A DNA stretch of 64,000 nt from Fidelibacterota bacterium (lineage in GTDB: Bacteria; Fidelibacterota; UBA8477; JABMPR01). The translations under genes and the position numbers were made by a program. Each line of letters begins with the position of its first letter. The stretch's first letter is position 1. The DNA is taken from assembly GCA_018673925.1 (NCBI GenBank), contig JABHBL010000088.1, positions 2,516 to 66,515 of the forward strand, given 5' to 3'. Of the stretch, positions 18,801 to 26,737 are shown one piece after another. The notes beneath the pieces are model-generated. The model searched no databases. It was not told where the DNA came from and saw only the letters and a program-made list of their open reading frames with translations.

Positions 18801-19987
18801 TTCGAAAAATTGATTACTTGATTGTATTCAGATTTTTGAGTGGATTCAGCATCCAACCGGATGAGTCCATTTGAAACAGCATACCAAATGTCATCATCCG
18901 AACTTACCAAGAGAGCAAATCTGTTATCATCAGCAGTAGCAAATGATTGTTCAGGTAAACCTCTTAGTAGGTGAAATTGCTCCTTTTGATATGTCCATTT
19001 ATTCAGACCTTTTGCTCCCCCAACCCAAATTACATCTGAATTATCAATTAATCCACCGTACAGGAAATTAGTGTTGATACCTGTTCCATTTGTTGGATCA
19101 TATGGATACCTGATGATTTTGTCAATCTGACGGTCATAAACTATTAATCCAAAGTTTTTAATATTCCCCCAAATGTTCCCGCTATTAGCCTCATAGATGT
19201 ATGTGATGGGAGTTTGAGCAAAACTAAAAGAATCCACTGTATCATCAGGAAAAATGAAAAGATCGTTACTGGCTGTATTATATCTTCCCAATCCCCTTCC
19301 ATAACCCCATATCTGTTTATAATTATCTACAAGGATTTTGCTTGCTCCTCCCTCGCAGAGTTGACAGAGGGGATCGGTATGGTCTTCAGATGGTATGAAC
19401 TCTTTTAAATCACGATCAAAATAACTGAATTTTCCTCCACTAGCACACATCCATAAGGTGTCGTCTTCGTTTTCATATAACCAGCGGCGGCCAATCCAAT
19501 TGTCCAAATATTGAGTGAACTCACCAGTGGCACGGTTGAAATGGAAAAAGCCACCAAAGGTGATATTAACCCAGAGTTCTCCCAACTTGTCTTCATAGAT
19601 TCGTGCCATCCAATGGGTGGTATCACCGATATCGTAATAATAGTTTGTGAATTTCTCAGTTTCCAGATCAAGGCAACTCAGACCCTTACCTGTGCATATC
19701 CACAATTCATGATTACCCTGAAAATTTGAATAGAGAATGGCCTCGGACGTGTTAGTTATATCTGATGAACTAATGCTATTTGGATCATCGGGTTCATGTT
19801 GAAAGGATTTGAAAGTATAGCCATCATACCTAAGCAGACCGTTTGATGATATCCAGAGGAAACCCTGATCATCCTGGACGTTCACAACGGCATATTTTCC
19901 CGATAAGCCATCGTCCACCGTAATATGTTCGAAATGGAGTTGCTCATCTTGACCTGACAATGGTGCCAACGAGCATAGAAGTAGCAT
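15878..19987 (-). CDS. Hybrid two-component system (beta-propeller sensor, Y_Y_Y, TM, HisKA/HATPase, REC, AraC HTH)
   Basis: Reg_prop repeats (LWMGTDKGL), ATYTNLDPGDYVFHVKGSNNDG, PPWWKS, ISHEFRTPLT, SDVMMPKMDG, VAYQTGFSSLSFFAKAF. True start may be CTG at 20023. Confidence 0.95.
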   Translation of the reverse strand: MLLLCSLAPLSGQDEQLHFEHITVDDGLSGKYAVVNVQDDQGFLWISSNGLLRYDGYTFKSFQHEPDDPNSISSSDITNTSEAILYSNFQGNHELWICTGKGLSCLDLETEKFTNYYYDIGDTTHWMARIYEDKLGELWVNITFGGFFHFNRATGEFTQYLDNWIGRRWLYENEDDTLWMCASGGKFSYFDRDLKEFIPSEDHTDPLCQLCEGGASKILVDNYKQIWGYGRGLGRYNTASNDLFIFPDDTVDSFSFAQTPITYIYEANSGNIWGNIKNFGLIVYDRQIDKIIRYPYDPTNGTGINTNFLYGGLIDNSDVIWVGGAKGLNKWTYQKEQFHLLRGLPEQSFATADDNRFALLVSSDDDIWYAVSNGLIRLDAESTQKSEYNQVINFSKSSKINLIQDLAEDTFGYIWAVTTRDIFKIDTGSGKILLDTKYPFPQSQVGDATIQCVLADREGRVWIGARWQMHEINPLDGTPLGQYLPEGTAVRTLYQDVEGLIWVGSWRNGLYIFDPFLGTWKKPQFSSEGDVGLRGVCVSAITESVLGNYWIGTESGLTRLVKNQALPGLYDCTNFTMAKGLASDVINSVVQDKQGDLWMGTDKGLVRFDLDAESFRNYDKSDGLAANSFARNSAAITKRGELFFGSDNGITWFHPDSIKNNPNIPPIVLTDFQLFSQSVQIDSAFSESREYGFYLPKIISRLDAIELSYLDNVFSIEFAALDYRNPLKNKYAYKMEGFNEDWTYTNATSRIATYTNLDPGDYVFHVKGSNNDGLWNEEGVSLHITITPPWWKSDMAYFGYLILIITVVTIIYRIRLARLRLQYQAEVDHLEAERYAEMDQLKSRFFANISHEFRTPLTLILGPIGKMLARVKDTESMQDLNLMQRQAKRLLELVTQLLDLSKLEAGRMKIQASKRNIVPLLKGLTLSFASLAERDKITLTFNSDLEDIPVYVDKDAITKIINNLLSNAFKFTRYEGSIQVDVTATDKSVLYSVGEICIAITDNGVGIPAERLNKIFDRFYQVDNSETREREGTGIGLALTRELVELHKGSIGVISDEGQGTTFTICLPLGKAHFSNTEIDESEMNDGDDTPVDQIPVNESTQSIAQRAIDESRPVLLIVEDNADVRGFIRSYLDNDYTCHEAIDGENGLEQGLDLIPDLIVSDVMMPKMDGVEFCKRIKTDERTSHIPVILLTAKADLESKLEGLETGADDYLTKPFEAKELLIRIRNLIEQRELLRVQFRHDPHLIPANLKLSSMDKQFMEKVLDIIGKHLADFEFNVESLSKKIFMSRQHLNRKIKALTDRTATEFIRSIRLKNAALILDNHQSTVTQVAYQTGFSSLSFFAKAFQEEFGKTPSAYLADQKVDDQEH

Positions 19988-20150
19988 GATAATTCTAACT
20001 ACTTTATAGCTATAACTATTCAGATCCGCCCCCGTAACCGATTCAGTTATTTATAAGGCTCCAAGATAAGTCTAAGGTAGTGATATTGTAAAGGGTTAAA
20101 CGGGAGAATTAAGGCATTATTTGTTGGTCCTTCCAACTCATCACCTCAGT

Positions 20151-20189
20151 AAAAGCAAAAACCCTCCGCAAGGGAGGGTTTTTGCTTTT
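20151..20189 (-). terminator. Intrinsic terminator in the second repeat unit
   Basis: AAAAGCAAAAACCCTCC-GCAAG-GGAGGGTTTTTGCTTTT. Confidence 0.8.
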
Positions 20190-20310
20190 GCTCCGGAGGA
20201 GAGATTTGCCTGCGGACTCCGTCCTCGGCTTCCTTCGTGATCTGCCACTGGCAGCTCACTTCGGTTGAACTCCCGAGCTTCGCACTGTGTTCATTCAACT
20301 CATCGCCTCA

Positions 20311-20354
20311 GCAAAATAAAAAAGGGCTCCCGATGGGAACCCTTTTTTTATTTG
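20311..20354 (-). terminator. Intrinsic terminator immediately after tRNA-Asn
   Basis: AAATAAAAAAGGG-CTCCC-GAT-GGGAA-CCCTTTTTTTATTT, with A/T tracts on both sides. Confidence 0.8.
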
Positions 20355-20426
20355 CTCCGGAGGAGAGATTTGAACTCCCAACCTAGTGATTAACAGTCAC
20401 CCGCTCTACCGTTGAGCTACTCCGGA
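20355..20426 (-). tRNA. tRNA-Asn (GTT), CCA not encoded
   Basis: Reverse complement TCCGGAGTAGCTCAACGGTAGAGCGGGTGACTGTTAATCACTAGGTTGGGAGTTCAAATCTCTCCTCCGGAG: acceptor stem TCCGGAG/CTCCGGA, anticodon GTT, T-loop TTCAAAT. Confidence 0.96.
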
Positions 20427-20445
20427 ATGTCCTAAAAAGCTCGCG

Positions 20446-20474
20446 AATATAAACTTCGCCATATAGGCTGTCAA
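20446..20474 (-). promoter_or_regulatory. Sigma70-type promoter of tRNA-Asn
   Basis: Minus strand TTGACA-17 bp-TATATT, ~20 bp upstream of the tRNA. Confidence 0.8.
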
Positions 20475-20478
20475 CTGC

Positions 20479-20967
20479 TTACAAGGTGATTTTTTCAAAA
20501 TGTGGTTTTAAGACGTCATATGACTCTTTCAACCCCTGTACCAGGACCTTGGCATGTCCGGTAACAGGCATAAAATTGGTATCCCCTGCCCAACGAGGTA
20601 CAATATGAAAATGGATATGTTCAGCAATACCTGCACCAGCTATAGCACCTTCATTCAAACCAAGATTAAATCCCTCAGCCCTGAATTCCTCACGGAGAAT
20701 CTTCATGCTCTCCTGAGCGAGCTGCATAATCTCAGTTAAGGTACTGGCTGGTAAAGATTCCATGAGGTGTGTGTGTTCGTAAGGAGCAATCATGATATGA
20801 CCGTTGTTGTAAGGATACAAATTCATCAAAATACAACAACTCTCACCACGATACAGGAGCAGGTCTTCACGATCTGTTTTATTTTGCGGTTTATCGCAAA
20901 ATATGCAGCCCTCCTGCTTGATGGACTTGATGTATTCCATACGCCAGGGTGCCCACATTTTATCCAT
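20479..20967 (-). CDS. HIT family hydrolase (Ap4A phosphorylase-like)
   Basis: MWAPWRMEYI, GCIFC, NLYPYNNGH, HIHFHIVPRW. Confidence 0.92.
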   Translation of the reverse strand: MDKMWAPWRMEYIKSIKQEGCIFCDKPQNKTDREDLLLYRGESCCILMNLYPYNNGHIMIAPYEHTHLMESLPASTLTEIMQLAQESMKILREEFRAEGFNLGLNEGAIAGAGIAEHIHFHIVPRWAGDTNFMPVTGHAKVLVQGLKESYDVLKPHFEKITL

Positions 20968-20984
20968 AATGACTCCAAAGTTAA

Positions 20985-21028
20985 GAAGAGCCGGATGTCT
21001 CTATTTCTCAGGGACGCTCCGGCTCTTC
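20985..21028 (-). terminator. Hairpin downstream of the EF-G paralogue
   Basis: GAAGAGCCGGA...TCCGGCTCTTC, 11-bp perfect outer arms. Confidence 0.55.
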
Positions 21029-21073
21029 GATATTCAATTGATCACACTTTTAAAATCATGTGATCAGCTATGT

Positions 21074-23143
21074 TTATTCCTCTTCTTTTGCAGCTTCAAG
21101 CGCAGCAATCAGCTTGGTCTCTTCTTCCTTGGGCAACTCAGCATAATGTGAGAATTTCTGCTTATGAGAAGCTTTCCCCTGAGTCAAGGAACGCAGAGTT
21201 GAAGCATATTTAAAGAGATTTGCATGGGGAATTTTAGCCTTAAGCACCTGATAATGTCCTTCGGCATCCATTCCCAGAATGCGACCACGCTTGGCAGTCA
21301 AATCACCCATAACATCACCCATGTAATCTTCAGGAACACGAACTTCAACATCAAAGATGGGTTCTAACAGGGTTGGTTTTGCCTGCTTACATGCATCGCG
21401 GAATGCCCCTTTTCCGGCAATCTGAAATGCAATATCCTTGGAATCAACAGGATGCATTTTTCCATCATAGAAAGTTGCTTTGACGTCTACGATGGGGAAA
21501 CCAGCTATGAAGCCTTCTTGGGAGGCAGCCATAATTCCCTTTTCCACAGACGGTACAAAAACACGATCCACATTTTGCCCAACCAGAGTCATTTCAAAAA
21601 CGATTCCCTCGCCTCGTGGCAATGGAGCTACTCTGAGCATGACTTCAGCAAACTGACCAGCACCACCTGACTGTTTCTTATGACGATATCTCGCCTCAGC
21701 GGTGCCCTTGATGGTTTCACGGTAAGCGATCTTGGGTTCAACCAACTCAATCTGAACTTTGAAGCGCTCTTTCAGTTTTTCAAAAGCTACATTAATTTGC
21801 AATTCGCCTTGCCCGGAGAGGACAGTTTGATGAAGTTCCGAATCAACTTCATAGAGCAGAGTTGGATCTTCCTCATGCAGCAGGGTCAAACCAGAACTAA
21901 TCTTATCTTCTTCACCCTTCACTAGAGAAATCACGGCAAACTGGATATTTGGTCCTGGAAATTCTGTGGCCTTTAGGGTCACAGGATTTTTTGGATGCGA
22001 AAGCGTATCACCAGTATGGGATATTTTTAGTTTTACGGTCGCGCCAATATCGCCAGCATTAATAGCATGAACTTCATCTCTATCATGACCATTAATGGAA
22101 TAGACATGACCAAGACGCTCAGTACCACTTCTGTTGGGGTTGGCTAAATCCATACCTGAAGTAATCTGCCCGGAATAGACCCGAAAAAGACTCAATTCAC
22201 CTACGTGAGCTTCACTCATGGTCTTAAAGATCAGAGCGGCTGTTTCTTTGGGATCATCCGCATGTAATTCAGTACCGTCTTCTGCTGTGGCAGCCGGCAT
22301 GTCTGCTGGTGAGGGGTAATACTTCTGAATCAATTCCATGAGACGTGAAGCACCCACATTTGGGATGGAGGCTGTACAGAATACAGGAAAGATTTGTTTA
22401 TGTATAATGGCTTCACGCAAACCATGACGTAAATCATCTTCTGACAATTCACCCTGATCAAAATATTTTTCCATCAAGGCTTCATCTGATTCTGCCACCT
22501 GTTCTACCAGCTCAGTGTACATGGTCTCTACTTCATCAACAACTGAATCGGGCAGATCTTCCATGGTGTATTTGCCACTATCATCTTTGAATACTAGTGT
22601 CTTCTTGCGAATGATATCTACAATCTTATTAAACCCGATGCCCTCATTGACAGGTAGCTGCAAGGCGGTGACATGATTGCCATAGCTATCCTTGATACGA
22701 TCAAAAGCTTTGTGAAAATCAGAATGTTCTTTATCCAGTCCGGTAACTACAAAAGTACGGGGAATGTGGTAATCATGACTATAATTCCACATGTTTTCGG
22801 TGCCCATTTCGGGACCGTGAGTTCCATCAACAACAATGAGACTGGTATCGGCGACTCTCACTGCACTCAGTGCGTCACCAACAAAATCTGTAAATCCTGG
22901 GGTATCTAAAATGTTTAATTTTGTTTCCTGCCATTCAATAGCCATCAAAGATGTACCTACTGAACACTGACGTTCAATCTCTTCTGGACGATAGTCAGAT
23001 TTGGTGTTCCCCTCTGCAATGGTCCCCATCCGTGTGGTTAATCCTGCAGAGTACAGCATAGCTTCAGTCAAGGCGGTCTTACCTGACGAAGCGTGGCCGA
23101 CAATGGCAACGTTTCGGATATCCTTTGTCAAATAGTCTTTCAT
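21074..23143 (-). CDS. fusA: Elongation factor G paralogue (EF-G2-like)
   Basis: GHASSGKT, LDTPGFTDF, KKQSGGAGQFA, LLEPI; the canonical RGITI effector motif is replaced by RQCSV; GAGGAG RBS before ATG 23143. Confidence 0.9.
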   Translation of the reverse strand: MKDYLTKDIRNVAIVGHASSGKTALTEAMLYSAGLTTRMGTIAEGNTKSDYRPEEIERQCSVGTSLMAIEWQETKLNILDTPGFTDFVGDALSAVRVADTSLIVVDGTHGPEMGTENMWNYSHDYHIPRTFVVTGLDKEHSDFHKAFDRIKDSYGNHVTALQLPVNEGIGFNKIVDIIRKKTLVFKDDSGKYTMEDLPDSVVDEVETMYTELVEQVAESDEALMEKYFDQGELSEDDLRHGLREAIIHKQIFPVFCTASIPNVGASRLMELIQKYYPSPADMPAATAEDGTELHADDPKETAALIFKTMSEAHVGELSLFRVYSGQITSGMDLANPNRSGTERLGHVYSINGHDRDEVHAINAGDIGATVKLKISHTGDTLSHPKNPVTLKATEFPGPNIQFAVISLVKGEEDKISSGLTLLHEEDPTLLYEVDSELHQTVLSGQGELQINVAFEKLKERFKVQIELVEPKIAYRETIKGTAEARYRHKKQSGGAGQFAEVMLRVAPLPRGEGIVFEMTLVGQNVDRVFVPSVEKGIMAASQEGFIAGFPIVDVKATFYDGKMHPVDSKDIAFQIAGKGAFRDACKQAKPTLLEPIFDVEVRVPEDYMGDVMGDLTAKRGRILGMDAEGHYQVLKAKIPHANLFKYASTLRSLTQGKASHKQKFSHYAELPKEEETKLIAALEAAKEEE

Positions 23144-23390
23144 TCTCAACTCCTCGATATTGTTAAGCGTATATAATTAAATTATTCATACCACGAGATA
23201 TGGTATGAATACTGGTTTTTTGTATGATCCAGAGAAGCATAAATAATAAAATTTCGGCTCAATTATTGAGCGTCCAAAAATCTCTATATTTGGAGGATTC
23301 GCAAGACATTTTTTAGCTCTCCGAGTTGGTCATCAATAACGAATTGGGGTAGATGTGATGGGTATAGCAATGGGGACTATTTCTTAAGCC

Positions 23391-25358
23391 TTAACTGGTT
23401 CCTTCTTCCACTTCTGCAGGGATGCCAGAATAACGGCCTACAATGAATGTGACATCATCTTCAAAGGAAGATTTGCGATTAAATTTGCCCAGCTTCTCTT
23501 CCAGAAGACTAGCAATTAGGGAAACGTTTTGATCCAGATGGCTTTGTACTGCATTGATGAGACCACTTTCATCCAACAATTGACCGGCACTTCCCACCGT
23601 CTCAGTTACACCGTCAGTGTACAAGAGTAATAAATCTCCACTCCTCAGCGGAACCTCACCCATTTCGTAAGTAAAATCAGGATCAAAGCCTAATAACGGT
23701 CCCCCGCTTTCCAGACGATCAATACTTCCACCTTCGTGAAAGATGAGTGGTGCAGGATGCCCAGCATTCACATATCGGACTACCCCCTCATCAACATCCA
23801 TCTTGGAGAGGAAAAAGGTGATCTGTTCATCCAGCTCAGTTTCATTGGTTAAATATTTGTTCAGGTTGCTCATCATGGTTGCTAGAGGAAGGTTCTTTTG
23901 AGCTTCGTTCAGATATGCCGCATAAAAATTTGACATGATGAGGGCTCCGGAGATCCCTTTACCAACTACATCCCCAATGCCAATATTAAAGACATCCTCG
24001 GTCTTGTTGGAGAGATCATAAAAATCCCCACTAATTTGCCGACAGGGAATATATCTAAGATCAAATGAAACTTCATCATGGGTGGGAATTTGATTGGGAA
24101 GCAATGATTTCTGAATACTCTCAGCTTTCGCCATATCCTCACTTAAACCACTCTGCATATTGACGTGCTTGTCGATTTTATAACGTTCCATCAACACACC
24201 GGCCTGGGTTGCTATGGTCTGCAGAAAATCAAGATCATCCTCGCTAAAAGCGGCAACACGATTGGATTCCAAATTCATGGCACCATAAATAATAGAACCT
24301 CCGGCGATGGGCACACACAATTCGGAACGGGAGTCTGTTCTTCCAGACAAATAATCCTTTTCTCGGCGAACATCGGGGATGGAAATGGGTTTCTTCGAGG
24401 CAATACATCTACCTACGATACCCCTGCCAATTTTTAATTTCAAAGGATTTAGGCGACGGATATCATATCCCCGTTGGAGAAATTTTTCAATATTCACACC
24501 CTCTGAGGAAGCCAGAAAGACACCGCAAGCATCAAAGGGGACAATGGCGTTTACTTCATCTAGCAACAAATTGAAGATGCTGGTTGTATTCCGTGTTGCT
24601 GCCATTTTCGTGGCAATAAGGGTCAGGGCTTCCTGTTTCCGCGCTTCCAGTTGGATACGATGATAAAGTTTCCGCTTTTCAAGCAAGACTGCAATTTGAT
24701 CAACAACAAAATTGTATAGAGTTCCAGAACGTCTTGCCTGCATATCCATGGGCATTTTATCCAGTAGAATAAATCCTGCCAATCGGTTATTGGTTTTCAA
24801 AGGAATGGCCCATTGGAACAATTTGAAACTTCGATAATCCATGGGAGGCACATCAAGGGGTTCGGTATACAAATCGTTAACGGAGTATTTGACATTTACG
24901 AGATGATGATTGGTATCAACAAGCTTTTTGAGGATTTCATGTTCACTATCCAGTGTGATACCATCCAGAAACATCGGTTTTGGTGCGATTGATGATTCAA
25001 CTTTGAAAATCCCTTTGCGTCTCACAAAAAGCGCCACAATGTCTGATTCAAAAAGATATTTTAGGGTATCAGGGACCATATCAAGCATATCCCGATAGGT
25101 CTCCACCTTCTCAAGATCGTCAAGGATGTTTCGGAATTTTTCATTCCGCTCGTAATAAGTGGATGCAATAAGCCGCAATACCAGTTTACGTCCCCGGGAG
25201 CGCAGCGGTCGGTACAAATTGATAATGATGGTGGCAAAAACAACATTGGCTAGGATAGGGTGCTCACCAAACCCCAGAAACTGGTTCACCAGATAACCCA
25301 ATATTGAAAAAATGATGATAAGAACTAAGGAGACCAGGAGTTCTTCACGTCTAAGCAT
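23391..25358 (-). CDS. Membrane GAF-domain SpoIIE/PP2C (RsbU-like) phosphatase
   Basis: Two N-terminal TMs, GAF (RSELCVPI, LESNRVAAFSEDD), IQKSLLP, SGDFYD, GDVVGKG, NAGHP, YTDGVTE, EDDVT. Start set at ATG 25358, overlapping the upstream stop. Confidence 0.92.
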   Translation of the reverse strand: MLRREELLVSLVLIIIFSILGYLVNQFLGFGEHPILANVVFATIIINLYRPLRSRGRKLVLRLIASTYYERNEKFRNILDDLEKVETYRDMLDMVPDTLKYLFESDIVALFVRRKGIFKVESSIAPKPMFLDGITLDSEHEILKKLVDTNHHLVNVKYSVNDLYTEPLDVPPMDYRSFKLFQWAIPLKTNNRLAGFILLDKMPMDMQARRSGTLYNFVVDQIAVLLEKRKLYHRIQLEARKQEALTLIATKMAATRNTTSIFNLLLDEVNAIVPFDACGVFLASSEGVNIEKFLQRGYDIRRLNPLKLKIGRGIVGRCIASKKPISIPDVRREKDYLSGRTDSRSELCVPIAGGSIIYGAMNLESNRVAAFSEDDLDFLQTIATQAGVLMERYKIDKHVNMQSGLSEDMAKAESIQKSLLPNQIPTHDEVSFDLRYIPCRQISGDFYDLSNKTEDVFNIGIGDVVGKGISGALIMSNFYAAYLNEAQKNLPLATMMSNLNKYLTNETELDEQITFFLSKMDVDEGVVRYVNAGHPAPLIFHEGGSIDRLESGGPLLGFDPDFTYEMGEVPLRSGDLLLLYTDGVTETVGSAGQLLDESGLINAVQSHLDQNVSLIASLLEEKLGKFNRKSSFEDDVTFIVGRYSGIPAEVEEGTS

Positions 25359-25641
25359 CTTGCTCTCCCTGGTCAAAAAGCGTTTCAGCACCGCCACCAA
25401 CTTCCTCAATCATGGAGCGTAGAACGGGAAGAACGCTTAACTGAGACAAGTCTTCAGTAGCAAATATCCGTGAAAAAGCATAATTCTGATGTGTGACCGG
25501 GATGAGCCTGTTAATGATGATGACGCGCTCCGATTTTATTCGGCAGGCATCTCCCTTGAAATCACCTTTTTCATAGCGAATGGTATAACCCAATTTTTCG
25601 GCGAGAGATTCGAATTCGTCTCTTATTCGGTCAGCTTTCAT
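25351..25641 (-). CDS. Small conserved-looking hypothetical protein
   Basis: 96 aa, fills the gap between manC and the phosphatase with tight coupling; LAEKLGYTIRYEKGDFKGDACRI...IIINR. Confidence 0.7.
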   Translation of the reverse strand: MKADRIRDEFESLAEKLGYTIRYEKGDFKGDACRIKSERVIIINRLIPVTHQNYAFSRIFATEDLSQLSVLPVLRSMIEEVGGGAETLFDQGEQDA

Positions 25642-26712
25642 TTATAGCAGCGAATCCCTTTTCTCTTTTTCAAAACCATCTACAACTTCTTTTACTCGTT
25701 CAGTCTGTCCTCGAGGAATGATGAGCAGGGCATCCTTGGTATCAATAACCACCAAGTCATCCACACCGACAATGGCTACCGTTTTCCCTTCTGCGAATAC
25801 CAGATTATTTTCTGAACCATGAAATATCACTTCACCCTTTGAAACGTTTTTATCCTTGTCCTTCTCTCGCATTTCATGGACAGCATCCCAGGAGCCAACA
25901 TCATTCCATGAAAAATCCACGCGTACGACATAAACGTTTCGAGCTTTTTCCATGACTCCATAATCGATAGAAATACTTCTCAGGGTAGCCCACTCCACAG
26001 TGAGCACTGAACCCCAAACAGATTTGCCTATGGCACCCTTAATATTTTCCAAACTGTCCCATATTTCTGGCAGGAAATCCTGAAAACTTTGTAGAATACT
26101 ATCAACCCGCCACACAAACATGCCACTATTCCATAAAAAATCACCGCTGCCCAAAAAGAGCTCAGCAGTTTTCAAGTCAGGTTTCTCAGCAAATGCCTTC
26201 ACGGCATAAATTGGTTCATCTGGATTGGTACGATCATGGAACTGGATATAGCCATAACCAGTAGCAGGCCGAGTTGGAACCACGCCAAAGGTGACCAGTC
26301 CCCTCATCTCATTGGCAATTTTTATTCCCTGCTGCATATATTCTGAAAAGGAGTTCACATCTTCTATATAATGATCTGCCGGAAAAACACCCATGACGGC
26401 GTCTGGATCCCGATGCTGAATAATAATAGCTGCCAATCCAATAGCGGGTGCTGTATTTTTACCTTCTGGTTCTATGAGGATATTGTCTTCTGGAAGTTCA
26501 GGACATTCCTTACGAATGGCATTTTCCTGATCAGAATTTGTAATAATAAGAATCTGATCGACTGCTGTGAAATTTTTCAACCGATCAACGGTCATGCGGA
26601 GCATACTTTCATCACCAGCTATGGGTAACAGCTGCTTTGGGGTAGCTCGACGGCTCTGTGGCCAGAAGCGTTTACCTACGCCACCTGCCATGATGACTGC
26701 AAAAAAAGACAT
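25642..26712 (-). CDS. manC: Mannose-1-phosphate guanylyltransferase
   Basis: IMAGGVGKRFWPQSR, EPEGKNTAPAI, PADH, TGYGYI, WNSGMF, SIDYGVMEK, WNDVGSW. Confidence 0.93.
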   Translation of the reverse strand: MSFFAVIMAGGVGKRFWPQSRRATPKQLLPIAGDESMLRMTVDRLKNFTAVDQILIITNSDQENAIRKECPELPEDNILIEPEGKNTAPAIGLAAIIIQHRDPDAVMGVFPADHYIEDVNSFSEYMQQGIKIANEMRGLVTFGVVPTRPATGYGYIQFHDRTNPDEPIYAVKAFAEKPDLKTAELFLGSGDFLWNSGMFVWRVDSILQSFQDFLPEIWDSLENIKGAIGKSVWGSVLTVEWATLRSISIDYGVMEKARNVYVVRVDFSWNDVGSWDAVHEMREKDKDKNVSKGEVIFHGSENNLVFAEGKTVAIVGVDDLVVIDTKDALLIIPRGQTERVKEVVDGFEKEKRDSLL

Positions 26713-26737
26713 ATCTCTTCTTTTCTCCTCTATTCTC

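Larger units (their letters stand above)
20134..20379 (-). repeat. tRNA-linked tandem duplication (~163-bp unit): tRNA 3' end + terminator + conserved tail
   Basis: TTTGCTCCGGAGGAGAGATTTG at 20187-20208 and 20351-20372; CAACTCATC(A/G)CCTCAG at 20134 and 20296; a hairpin in each unit. Confidence 0.85.

Noticed and set aside
14330..20426. Integrative island at tRNA-Asn spanning the HTCS and glycosidase
   Set aside because: No integrase and no distal copy of the tRNA 3' end found; the only duplicate is 164 bp from the tRNA.
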